This document shows, piece after piece, positions 57,201-64,000 of a stretch of DNA of 64,000 bases. Both the position numbers and the translations under genes were made by a program. A model generated the notes under the pieces. It was given only the letters and a program-made list of their open reading frames with translations. It was not told the origin of the DNA and ran no database searches. The DNA comes from Candidatus Poribacteria bacterium (GTDB lineage: Bacteria; Poribacteria; WGA-4E; JAJDTR01), in assembly GCA_965204085.1 (NCBI GenBank), contig CBDBEE010000003.1, forward strand, positions 1,449,981-1,513,980, read 5' to 3'. Numbering within the stretch: the stretch's first letter is position 1; each line of letters opens with the position of its first letter.

Positions 57201-57236
57201 GGTAGGTATCCAGGAGAAGAGGGTTGTTTTTTTCAT
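54228..57236 (-). CDS. TonB-dependent receptor with an N-terminal carboxypeptidase-regulatory-like domain (SusC/RagA-like architecture).
   Basis: Signal peptide. CarbopepD_reg-like GKISGIVTSEATQTPLANAKITVVG...GYYVIANIAPGTYDLRVERAGY. Plug LEEITVTAAKP...DTVNGILQ. About 1000 aa barrel. Confidence 0.85.
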   Translation of the reverse strand: MKKTTLFSWIPTLCLTVLLFAGPSSYRTASAAITGKISGIVTSEATQTPLANAKITVVGTSDTTTTSQTGYYVIANIAPGTYDLRVERAGYSSQTVMGAKVLAGLTTTLDFDLGAAEVITLEEITVTAAKPLIKMDVTQTTRIIEAEEIAAMPRDTVNGILQLQAGVTQLNATGTLHVRGGRSMEVKYLMDGIPVNDPIGRGLGVNISTNSLEQMEVITGGFNAEHGDAQSGVINLITKAGAQNFTGRFRYRVGQWGTHHGDPVYGPWLDPDNGFRPVALEPFRGIFLGRPYDYQTPYRGQSVTVEELAAREGDEQVVFTEIVPGVFADRAENPLLPVIDPETGEPKLNPDTGDVITAPQPYRDTDGTVIDYEKKQVTLLDGYIVDLNQYSGLFNDTKNYDLRPSHIGEFALSGPLWGNRLTFSAASQLRRDEGYLPNGNGTGHTVQGKLKFEVTPDIKLTASGLFDQREADSYGGTLRFLPSAIPVANRDARSMSLQFSHNLNSGTFYTLTLGQFHRTYESHQPDKLWDPLNKTFEENAWDPEKSFEQNQEEGRIRNPTQQAYNDTNYFIAGDDNAWTTRETTANILKADFSSQVTENHQVRTGVELSRNAIYNLGATNYGSSNLYMEFYDVKPGSMSLYVQDKMEYEGMIVNAGLRYELYSPDGISPADPLDPLELNDDGTIKLDKDTYKVGLPIIKDPVEPSVKHMLAPRLGISFPVTDRAKLHFTYGHYYQIPPGDDLYENLSFDMRGAIRRRGNPNLEPERTVAYEVGIAQQLTRDLTVNVTGFTKDIDNLVSSVHVDITNDYSYFINDIYGRVQGFELTARKWRIGRSPISGMINYTYSVAKGKGSSRALGYLTYYRQQPEVTESHPLAWDQRHVVSGSLDIQLPFDVGINLIGRYGSGLPYTPNPRSPVKPDINSKRYPPTHNVDMLLSKRIRVGELTYTIFADVRNVFNTKNLDDIVDAVTYDRYGIPLNSRKHSSPLSWNSPRLMMMGVSLDF

Positions 57237-57622
57237 GTGATTCTCCCCTGAAAATCGAGAGTTTGGAGAAAAAAAGTTTTGAGATGTTCGAAATGTACGG
57301 AGGATTAAGCCTCCAAGAGCTGATGGAGCGTTAGACTGTTGAAGACTAGCGGAATTACTGCGGATTCGTTACTTATACCGACTAAAGAGAAGTCCACGAT
57401 GATTTGTAACCTACAAGATTATAGCAGAATTTTTATCATAGGTAAATACTCTTGTTGAATTTTATGAGGGAAGAACTTCTGAAACTAGTGTAAAATTAAG
57501 GTCAGGGAGCGGAATAGATGGGATTTTTTGGGTTGGTAATCCGATTCGTCTTTGGAGTCAACGGATGAGCCGCGCAAACTTGAGTCCAACCGCCGTCTGT
57601 CGCGGAACGTCCCAATGTCTGG

Positions 57623-58969
57623 CTAGCTTGCAGGGGCAATTTGCTCCACTAGCGCTTGTCCGTCGCTGAACAGGTCGTGCAGATGTAGGTAACGGTGGAG
57701 TGCGCTTCTTCCCGTGAGATGCATATTTCCAAAGGTAGCCAAGTAGTCGATTAAGGATGATACGTTCTCCTCAAATCCGACCTTCAGCACCGGATAAGCG
57801 AATGGCAATCTGTACGTCAGAAAATGGATTACATCTTCCCTTCTTATCGGTTTTACTCGGCATAATGCGTCCCACACTTCCGATCGAAGCGCTTCATCGG
57901 ACATATTCCAGATAGCGTCCTCGGTATAGCACGGCAGTTCGAGTACAATTGCCGTTTGTCCTTCGGGCGCCATGTAGGGGCTGCGGTTTTTTGGCTCGTA
58001 AAGCCGTGTAAAGGGAAATTCCTCGCTCGGAAAATAGAGTGAGGCGTTGGATGAAAAGGAGGCGTGGTCCAGACAAAACACGCAGAGAACCAAATGTCTG
58101 TACTTGATAGCGTCGGCTGCGGCGGTTAATTCCGGTGGTGGTGGCGGGTCTAGCATTTTCAGCGTCAACGGCAGTGGCAGTGTGTTAATAACGGTGCGAG
58201 CGCGAATCTCGGTCTCCCCGTCATTTAGCATAACGCGCTCGATTTTTCCGGATTTGTGAACCAGTCGGCTAACCCTGCTTTTGGTGCGAATACGTTCATA
58301 GCCTATGGATTCGCTCAACTTATCGGCGATCATTCCGATGCCGTATTTGGGATAAAGGAACGAACCATCGAGGTGGTTCTGCGCGGCTGAATCGCCCAAC
58401 AGCGCGCTCCGAATTAGGTTTTTGAGGTTTAGTCCTCTTAACCGTCCCCCCGACACGGCTACAGACAGCTGGCTCGGCGGTTCGCCCCAGAGTTTTTCGG
58501 AGTAGTTGAGAAGAAAGTTTTCTGCCAACGTTCTTCCGTACCGGTTGGTTGCGAATGTCGCAAAGTCGTCCGCCGGTCTTCCGCGCTCTACATGCAACTT
58601 ATCCCAAGCTACCCTGAACAGCGTTTTGGCGTCCAGTTTCTCTGCCAAATCGCTCAGTGACAGTGGAAACTGATAGAATTGTCCTTCGAAAAAGATTTCG
58701 CTCGGTGCGTCGACGTGGAACAGATCGCTCCCCAAAAGTTTCCTCACCTCACCCGTAACGCTTGGGTCTTTGTCGTGGAAGCGGTGTGCGCCGGTATCGA
58801 ATCGGAAGTTCCCGAGCCGGAGGGTACGGCAGTTTCCACCTGCCTCTGAACCGGCTTCAAAAAGAACGAAATCTAGCCCGCGTTTTTTTGCATAGAAACC
58901 CGCCGCCAAACCTGCGGGACCGCCGCCCAGAATCTGGATATCGGTTTCCATTGAGTTCATTGAAGCCAC
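57623..58969 (-). CDS. FAD-dependent oxidoreductase (amine oxidase / protoporphyrinogen oxidase-like family).
   Basis: N-terminal dinucleotide-binding ILGGGPAGLAAGFYAKKRGLDFVLFEAGSEAGGN. Confidence 0.6.
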   Translation of the reverse strand: MASMNSMETDIQILGGGPAGLAAGFYAKKRGLDFVLFEAGSEAGGNCRTLRLGNFRFDTGAHRFHDKDPSVTGEVRKLLGSDLFHVDAPSEIFFEGQFYQFPLSLSDLAEKLDAKTLFRVAWDKLHVERGRPADDFATFATNRYGRTLAENFLLNYSEKLWGEPPSQLSVAVSGGRLRGLNLKNLIRSALLGDSAAQNHLDGSFLYPKYGIGMIADKLSESIGYERIRTKSRVSRLVHKSGKIERVMLNDGETEIRARTVINTLPLPLTLKMLDPPPPPELTAAADAIKYRHLVLCVFCLDHASFSSNASLYFPSEEFPFTRLYEPKNRSPYMAPEGQTAIVLELPCYTEDAIWNMSDEALRSEVWDALCRVKPIRREDVIHFLTYRLPFAYPVLKVGFEENVSSLIDYLATFGNMHLTGRSALHRYLHLHDLFSDGQALVEQIAPAS

Positions 58970-59056
58970 CTAAAGGCGGTGAAATCAGGAATTTCGTCAG
59001 TTTATAAATTGGGTGGTTAATACGACCTACCGCGGTGAATAGCGAGTCGGGTTAAG

Positions 59057-60493
59057 TTAATACTCGTACAGGGACAGGGTGGGCCACATGCGGTTCACAT
59101 ACGGGTTATGGTAAAAGGCTTTCTCCGCCTTTGGTGTGCGACCTTCAAGCGGGCTACCGATGACGACCAGATTCGACGCGTCGTCCGGGTTTTCGTGCAG
59201 GGCTGCGAGGTCGGCAGAATCCCGTATCGGGATATAAACCGCCTGCAATCCTTGAGAAGCGAGGTAATATGTGATCAGCGGAACTGACGCCACGCGGAGT
59301 CTATCGTTTTGTTTGGTACTTAGATGTTGGTGTACCTGAGCGATAGCCGTAGGTGATTTGTGTTGAATCACCAAATGAAGTGTAACATAACCGTAGCAGA
59401 GAACAAAGAGGATTAGCACTGCTTTGAGGATCCGATTCCGATGCTCAATGATTCTGGCGCCAGCGAAAGCGAGGCATAGGGCAAGAAAAGGCACCAAAGG
59501 CAAAACATGACGACTCTTGTGCACGACGTTTTGAAAGCAGAATATCCAGATGAGATATACGATGCATCCGATAAAACAAGCATTCAGAACATCCGATCGT
59601 TTTATCTTACGTATCTCGCCCCAGTTTGCCGCGAGAATTGCGGCTAAAGCAACGCTCGTGCATGCGGTCATAATGTTTCGACCGTTCCAATATAGCCCGA
59701 ACCCGTCCGCCCAGGCGCTTTCAAAGAGTCTTGTTGCGCGTACCAATAGATTCGTTTCGCTGGCAATGGTGCCGCCGAATTCCCAAAAATGTCCTCGACT
59801 CTGAGTCTTAGCGGCATCGACCAGTGTTTCCCAACCCGTTAGCATAACCAAGGGCAGCAACCAAACCGTGAGCCCGGCAAGCCCCGCCGCAATGTGACGC
59901 AACGTCCGCCGTGACAGTGACACAATTAGAGCGGGAATAAGCATCGGCAGGTAGGACAGACGTATACCCCCCAAGATTCCGGCGAGGAAAAACCCCAACC
60001 CGACTATTCGTGATTTCTTATGAGGCGCGGTAGTAAAATAGAGACTGGCAGACAGACATGCGGCGCCCATAGCGTCGGGCATATAGCGGTTGCTCATCAG
60101 CCAGAGTAACGGGTTCAGCATTAGAAGGATAATCGCGATAAGCCCAGCCGGTGACGTATTTTTGAGTCCTGCCAGTTTGCACAGAAAATAGATCGTGAGG
60201 AATGTGGATACGCCGCCTATGAGGGAGAAAGCGATGGCATAGCTGCCTGTGGCGGCGTAGATGAGTTTTGCAATGAAACAGAAGACCGGGTAAGCCGGAA
60301 AATGGGGTTGGAACTTGGCGACATCATAGTCGACCATACTCAGCGCGAAGCGGAGACTGTCCAAATCTTCGATGTAATAGATTGTGGTGAGCAGCCGCGA
60401 CCCCACGCAGAGGATGAACACGACACCCCACACTTCATAATGTTGGGACTTACGCAATTGAGGGGTTTGAAGTGTCAAGTGATGATGATTCAT
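59057..60493 (-). CDS. GT39/GT83-like membrane glycosyltransferase (ArnT/PMT-like).
   Basis: About 12 TM helices with the conserved-style loop pattern of ArnT-like proteins. ATG at 60493 (MNHHHLTLQ) preferred because the ORF-track start overlaps an upstream hairpin. Confidence 0.5.
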   Translation of the reverse strand: MNHHHLTLQTPQLRKSQHYEVWGVVFILCVGSRLLTTIYYIEDLDSLRFALSMVDYDVAKFQPHFPAYPVFCFIAKLIYAATGSYAIAFSLIGGVSTFLTIYFLCKLAGLKNTSPAGLIAIILLMLNPLLWLMSNRYMPDAMGAACLSASLYFTTAPHKKSRIVGLGFFLAGILGGIRLSYLPMLIPALIVSLSRRTLRHIAAGLAGLTVWLLPLVMLTGWETLVDAAKTQSRGHFWEFGGTIASETNLLVRATRLFESAWADGFGLYWNGRNIMTACTSVALAAILAANWGEIRKIKRSDVLNACFIGCIVYLIWIFCFQNVVHKSRHVLPLVPFLALCLAFAGARIIEHRNRILKAVLILFVLCYGYVTLHLVIQHKSPTAIAQVHQHLSTKQNDRLRVASVPLITYYLASQGLQAVYIPIRDSADLAALHENPDDASNLVVIGSPLEGRTPKAEKAFYHNPYVNRMWPTLSLYEY

Positions 60494-60496
60494 TGA

Positions 60497-60565
60497 TCGT
60501 GATGCGTAATGCGTAATACATAAAGATAGCGTTTTTTCATTACGCATTACGCACTACGCATTATT
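60497..60565. repeat. Perfect 14 bp inverted repeat of ATGCGTAATGCGTAAT heptamer-type units.
   Basis: gatgcgtaatgcgtaat acataaagatagcgttttttc attacgcattacgcactacgcatt, then attatttt. Confidence 0.4.
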
Positions 60566-60622
60566 TTACTCCCTTATCGCGTTCGATGAATCAGGTCAAG
60601 TTGCGCAAGCCCCAACAGGATT

Positions 60623-61933
60623 TTACCAGTTTGCCATGTTGGTTGCGGAAAAACCGTAGGCTGCTTGAAGCACCGCCTTCGCGCGGTTATAGTTGGCAAC
60701 GGTGGTGTTATAAGCATTGCTGCCCGGTGCATCGTAGGAGGGCGCGCTCCGCATGATGCCGTGCAATTCCCGGAGTTGCCCTTCGGTAATTAACCTGAAG
60801 GGGTTGTATTGGAGAGCGACGGTAAACCCTTTCATCTCCGCCCAGTGTTTGTTTAAATTTACACGGTTTTCGTCCGCCGTGCCCAATTTGGACATATCGC
60901 TCAACGTGTCGTTGATGTAGTGCACAATCGTCGCGGCGATAACCTTCTCCATTCCGTTGGAGGCAAGCTGACGCTGTTCCGTGATGTCGGTTACGGTACC
61001 TTGGTTGGCAATCATGGCTCGTCCGGTGAGAAATGCGTTGAAAATCTCCTGCGTGAAATCAACGCCCGAACCGCCTTTGTCCCGCTTGCCGGCGTTTCGG
61101 GAGAGACCGAAATTATACTCCGACTTGAAGTCTATCCTGCCGTCGCTATTGGAATCGAACGTGAAATCATCAACGCTACCGGCGAGCTGGTCGTCGGTGT
61201 AACGAGCATAATCGCGTGCGGCGCCGAAGTAGCCGAAGGCTTCGTCCCAGCCGTGTTCCATGGACGTATAAGCGTCCGTGCCGTTGCGCGCCTCGCTGTT
61301 GTCGCGCTCCAGTAAGCCGTTGAGATAAACTCCCGTAGCTTGGTAGTAGGGAACGGCGCCAATGAGCACCTTGTTAATCATCTGCGTCAAGTCCACGCCG
61401 TTATCGTCTGTATAAACCGCCGGCGTCCCGAGCTTGTCAGGGTTATTGGAATTGTCCGCGATGATTTGAAACCACCCGCGAACTAGGTCGTCGGCGGTAC
61501 GATTATAACCGATGACGACATCTTTTGAGATTTTACCGACCAAATTTTTGCCCGTCGAAATCGAGGAGTAGCGATTCTCCACGACCGAGAGTGTACCTGC
61601 GGTACTCAATGATGTCAAGTTGAGGGCGTCGTCATATGCGTAGAAATTTAGCATATCCTGCACCGTGGCAGGTCGAGCGCCAGATTTGCCGAGGCTGTCG
61701 ATAAAGACCTTCAAATCTTGCAGCAACAGGTTTCGCACGGTCTGCCCCGAATAGGAAACGCTGCTTTTACCGTCAAAGAAACGGCTGTCAAAGACATATG
61801 CGGACGGAACGATGATATCGCTATCGCCGTCGCCATCTTCATCGCCGCCGCAACTGACAAGAACTAGGCTCGTCATCAGTAACAGTCCCGTCAACCAGAA
61901 AATTCTGCTGTTGTAGGTAATACAAGTGTTCAT
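60623..61933 (-). CDS. Lipoprotein of unknown function (possibly DUF4856/imelysin-like, receptor-associated).
   Basis: Lipobox LVSCGG then a DGDGD linker. 436 aa. Located between two TonB receptor genes. Family guess is low confidence. Confidence 0.35.
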   Translation of the reverse strand: MNTCITYNSRIFWLTGLLLMTSLVLVSCGGDEDGDGDSDIIVPSAYVFDSRFFDGKSSVSYSGQTVRNLLLQDLKVFIDSLGKSGARPATVQDMLNFYAYDDALNLTSLSTAGTLSVVENRYSSISTGKNLVGKISKDVVIGYNRTADDLVRGWFQIIADNSNNPDKLGTPAVYTDDNGVDLTQMINKVLIGAVPYYQATGVYLNGLLERDNSEARNGTDAYTSMEHGWDEAFGYFGAARDYARYTDDQLAGSVDDFTFDSNSDGRIDFKSEYNFGLSRNAGKRDKGGSGVDFTQEIFNAFLTGRAMIANQGTVTDITEQRQLASNGMEKVIAATIVHYINDTLSDMSKLGTADENRVNLNKHWAEMKGFTVALQYNPFRLITEGQLRELHGIMRSAPSYDAPGSNAYNTTVANYNRAKAVLQAAYGFSATNMANW

Positions 61934-62009
61934 TTTTTCTCCTTTGTGGAATTGATGATTGGTTGATTCAACAGAGTGAACCTCTCTCTAAGAAAGGTAT
62001 TGGATGTGG

Positions 62010-64000
62010 CTAAAACCCATGCTTGATACCGAGGAGTATCTGTCGCCGAGGTCCAATGAGAATACCCGAGCTTAATCTAGCTTCGGGTTGGCCAGCGTTA
62101 GAGTGTAGTCTCGATCCGATGTAGACTTTATCCAGAAGGTTCTTGCCCGAAATGAAAGCCTGCCAACGGTCGGAGAGTTTATAATCGATGCTTGCATTGA
62201 CAATCGCGTAATTCTGGATGAGACCGGTGTCTCCGCGGTTGAAAGTCCGCTTGATATTCTCGAAATCGGTAAATACCGTGTCCACAAAACGCGCGTCCGC
62301 TCTCATGCGCAGGGCATCGCCAATCCGCTTCGCCAATCCTACGGTTAAGGTGTGGCGAGGCGCATAGGGCAATTCGTTCCCGGCAATGTCTACATCTACA
62401 TTTCCGGCGATGGTGGCGGACTTGACAATACCGCTCTTGATTTCGGTTTGGAGATAGGTGTACGATAAGTTGAGGTCGGGGAGCAACGGCACAATTCGCG
62501 AAGATTCAGCGTATAGTCCTGTCTCGATACCGTAATTGTCAACTTTGCCCAGGTTTTTGAACGCAGTACCGCGTCCTGCGGCGACCATGTCGGCGATCTT
62601 CAGTAGAAAACCGGTAACTTCCAAAGTTAAGCCGGGGCTCCACGAACGGATACCCACTTCCATGTTCCAACTCTTTTCGGCTTTGAGGTCGAGTCCCCCG
62701 ACATCAGCGTTCTGACCAAAGTTCGTGACTTTTAAGGCTCCGCTAGACGGTGCCGTGTACCCGCGGTGTACTCCGCCGAAGAGATTGAAATGGTTAAACT
62801 GATAGTTTGCGCCGATGCCGGGCAACAGAACCGACGACACCTTGTCGGCTAAAATAGAGCCGCGCAGCCGGTCGACTCGATCCTGTTTGAACACCTCGAA
62901 TCGGATACCCGGCGTTAGGGTAAGCCTTTCCCATTCGATTTGTTCTTTGGCGTAGAGCGCTAAGGCGATGGTTTCGTAGTGGTGACTTTGTCCGACAATT
63001 TGGACCGGGTCGTCCGTGGAGCCCGGAGTTCCGGTGTAGTACACGCCGTCTCTAGCATCCGGTGCATCGCCAATCTTTCTGTCGTCGATAAATCGCTCCC
63101 AGTGGACGCGCCCGCCAGTTTCAGTTCGGGCAGGGATTCCCATGACGTGACTGTTGAAGGTGTAATTCTGTTCGACACCTCCAGCGTAAAAAGTGCGCAG
63201 GATGCCAAAATTACTTTGACCACCGCCGATTCGTACCAGATCCCCAGTCTGGAAGTACGGCACCGGGACGAGGTTTCCAGACTCAAGCGCCAAAGGGCGC
63301 ACGAAGACATCGTCTTCTCGCCACCACCGCCGATCAAAGGCGCTCGTGTATACCGAGGTATTGCTTACGAGGTCAGGCGTGATTTTGTTGGTATAGATGA
63401 GATCTAGCGAGGTGCGTAGAATCTTGAAATTGTCGTGCTCTTTTGGATTGAAGTTTGGATCGGTGCGGAAGGAGTATTCGGTAAGACCGGTATAGGTTGC
63501 GTTAGAGTTTTCAAAGTTGCCGTTCACTTTGAGGTAGAGCGTCTTATCCCGGCTAATGCGGAACAGCGACTTTACGGTTGCGTTCGCTTGGTCGAAGGTG
63601 TTGTTGTCGCGAAATCCGCTCCCGTGTTTGTAAAGTAACTGCAAATCGGATGTGGCAACCTCGTTGCCGAGACCCCGCCACTCCGAGAAGGCGCTGTAAT
63701 ACCCGTTGTTGCCCAAGGTTATTTGATTTGCCAACCCGCGTGTGCCATCGGGTTTTCGGGTGGTGTAGTTGATAACGCCGCCCATTGTCTGGGGACCGTA
63801 ACGGAGTGCGGCGCTCCCTTTAATCACCTCTACCGCGTCAATCCTGTCCGAAGGTGGATTATAGTAGGCGTTCGGATAGATATAGACTGCGGGCTGAATT
63901 GGCACGCCATCTTCCAAGATTAGCACCCGCGCACTCCGGCGTGGATTCAGACCGCGAATGCCGATGCTCAAGCGTGAATTGCCGAATCCGTCATCTGCGT
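62010..64000 (-). CDS. TonB-dependent receptor, 3' part. The N-terminus lies beyond the window end.
   Basis: Plug-domain segment IRGLNPRRSARVLILEDGVPIQPA...GGVINYTTRKP followed by barrel repeats. ORF open to the window edge. Confidence 0.75.
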   Translation of the reverse strand, partial: ADDGFGNSRLSIGIRGLNPRRSARVLILEDGVPIQPAVYIYPNAYYNPPSDRIDAVEVIKGSAALRYGPQTMGGVINYTTRKPDGTRGLANQITLGNNGYYSAFSEWRGLGNEVATSDLQLLYKHGSGFRDNNTFDQANATVKSLFRISRDKTLYLKVNGNFENSNATYTGLTEYSFRTDPNFNPKEHDNFKILRTSLDLIYTNKITPDLVSNTSVYTSAFDRRWWREDDVFVRPLALESGNLVPVPYFQTGDLVRIGGGQSNFGILRTFYAGGVEQNYTFNSHVMGIPARTETGGRVHWERFIDDRKIGDAPDARDGVYYTGTPGSTDDPVQIVGQSHHYETIALALYAKEQIEWERLTLTPGIRFEVFKQDRVDRLRGSILADKVSSVLLPGIGANYQFNHFNLFGGVHRGYTAPSSGALKVTNFGQNADVGGLDLKAEKSWNMEVGIRSWSPGLTLEVTGFLLKIADMVAAGRGTAFKNLGKVDNYGIETGLYAESSRIVPLLPDLNLSYTYLQTEIKSGIVKSATIAGNVDVDIAGNELPYAPRHTLTVGLAKRIGDALRMRADARFVDTVFTDFENIKRTFNRGDTGLIQNYAIVNASIDYKLSDRWQAFISGKNLLDKVYIGSRLHSNAGQPEARLSSGILIGPRRQILLGIKHGF

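Noticed and set aside
57237-57622. tRNA or sRNA in the 385 bp gap upstream of the SusC-like receptor
   Set aside because: No cloverleaf-compatible T-arm or anticodon-arm pattern found by eye. Only a short ggagg...cctcc hairpin. Left unannotated.

Overview
This 64 kb window looks like an uncultured Gram-negative bacterium, probably from the FCB superphylum, at roughly 52% GC. That placement is inference from T9SS-type C-terminal sorting domains, a PorV-like porin, SusC-like TonB receptors, an HmuY-like protein and a PSCyt1-like domain.

The + strand carries a partial complex I operon, nuoG-H-J-K-L-M-[inserted 12-TM permease]-N, with no nuoI. It runs straight into an F-type ATP synthase operon in the usual order atpZ/I-B-E-F-H-A-G-D-C. 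That operon is broken in two places: a hicB-hicA toxin-antitoxin pair sits between atpA and atpG, and a roughly 4 kb accessory island sits between atpG and atpD. The island holds a frameshifted secreted dockerin/PSCyt1/copper-monooxygenase-like gene, a tandem-repeat lipoprotein, a cupin and a DUF1992 protein.

The rest of the window is mostly accessory and mostly on the - strand.
- A sigma-54 activator with a degenerate receiver domain.
- A PhyH-like dioxygenase flanked by composite direct repeats.
- A decayed type I restriction-modification locus (hsdM N-terminal piece fused to a YgjP/DUF45 C-terminal piece) beside two tandem HigB/HigA-like toxin-antitoxin pairs, one toxin frameshifted at a C5 tract.
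- rfbB, and a 5'-truncated IS630 remnant.
- A haem uptake locus (ABC binding protein, permease and ATPase, plus HmuY-like, TonB receptor and an ABM-type putative haem oxygenase) with Fur-box-like inverted motifs.
- An IS1595 fragment, then a PorV-like gene and a 1000-aa T9SS cargo gene.
- A dense 4 kb run of nine small genes rich in antitoxin-like proteins. It contains a PD-(D/E)xK/DUF4268 protein, a 2H phosphoesterase and a 4-TM membrane protein that are not explained by known toxin partners.
- Two more TonB-dependent receptors, an FAD oxidoreductase, a GT39-like glycosyltransferase and a lipoprotein.

Intergenic regions carry at least three families of short interspersed repeats: GTAG-initiated REP-like hairpins, a GGGATCTCTATCGCA family, and GGA-rich tracts followed by CACGGAT triplets. 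No rRNA, tRNA or CRISPR array was recognised.
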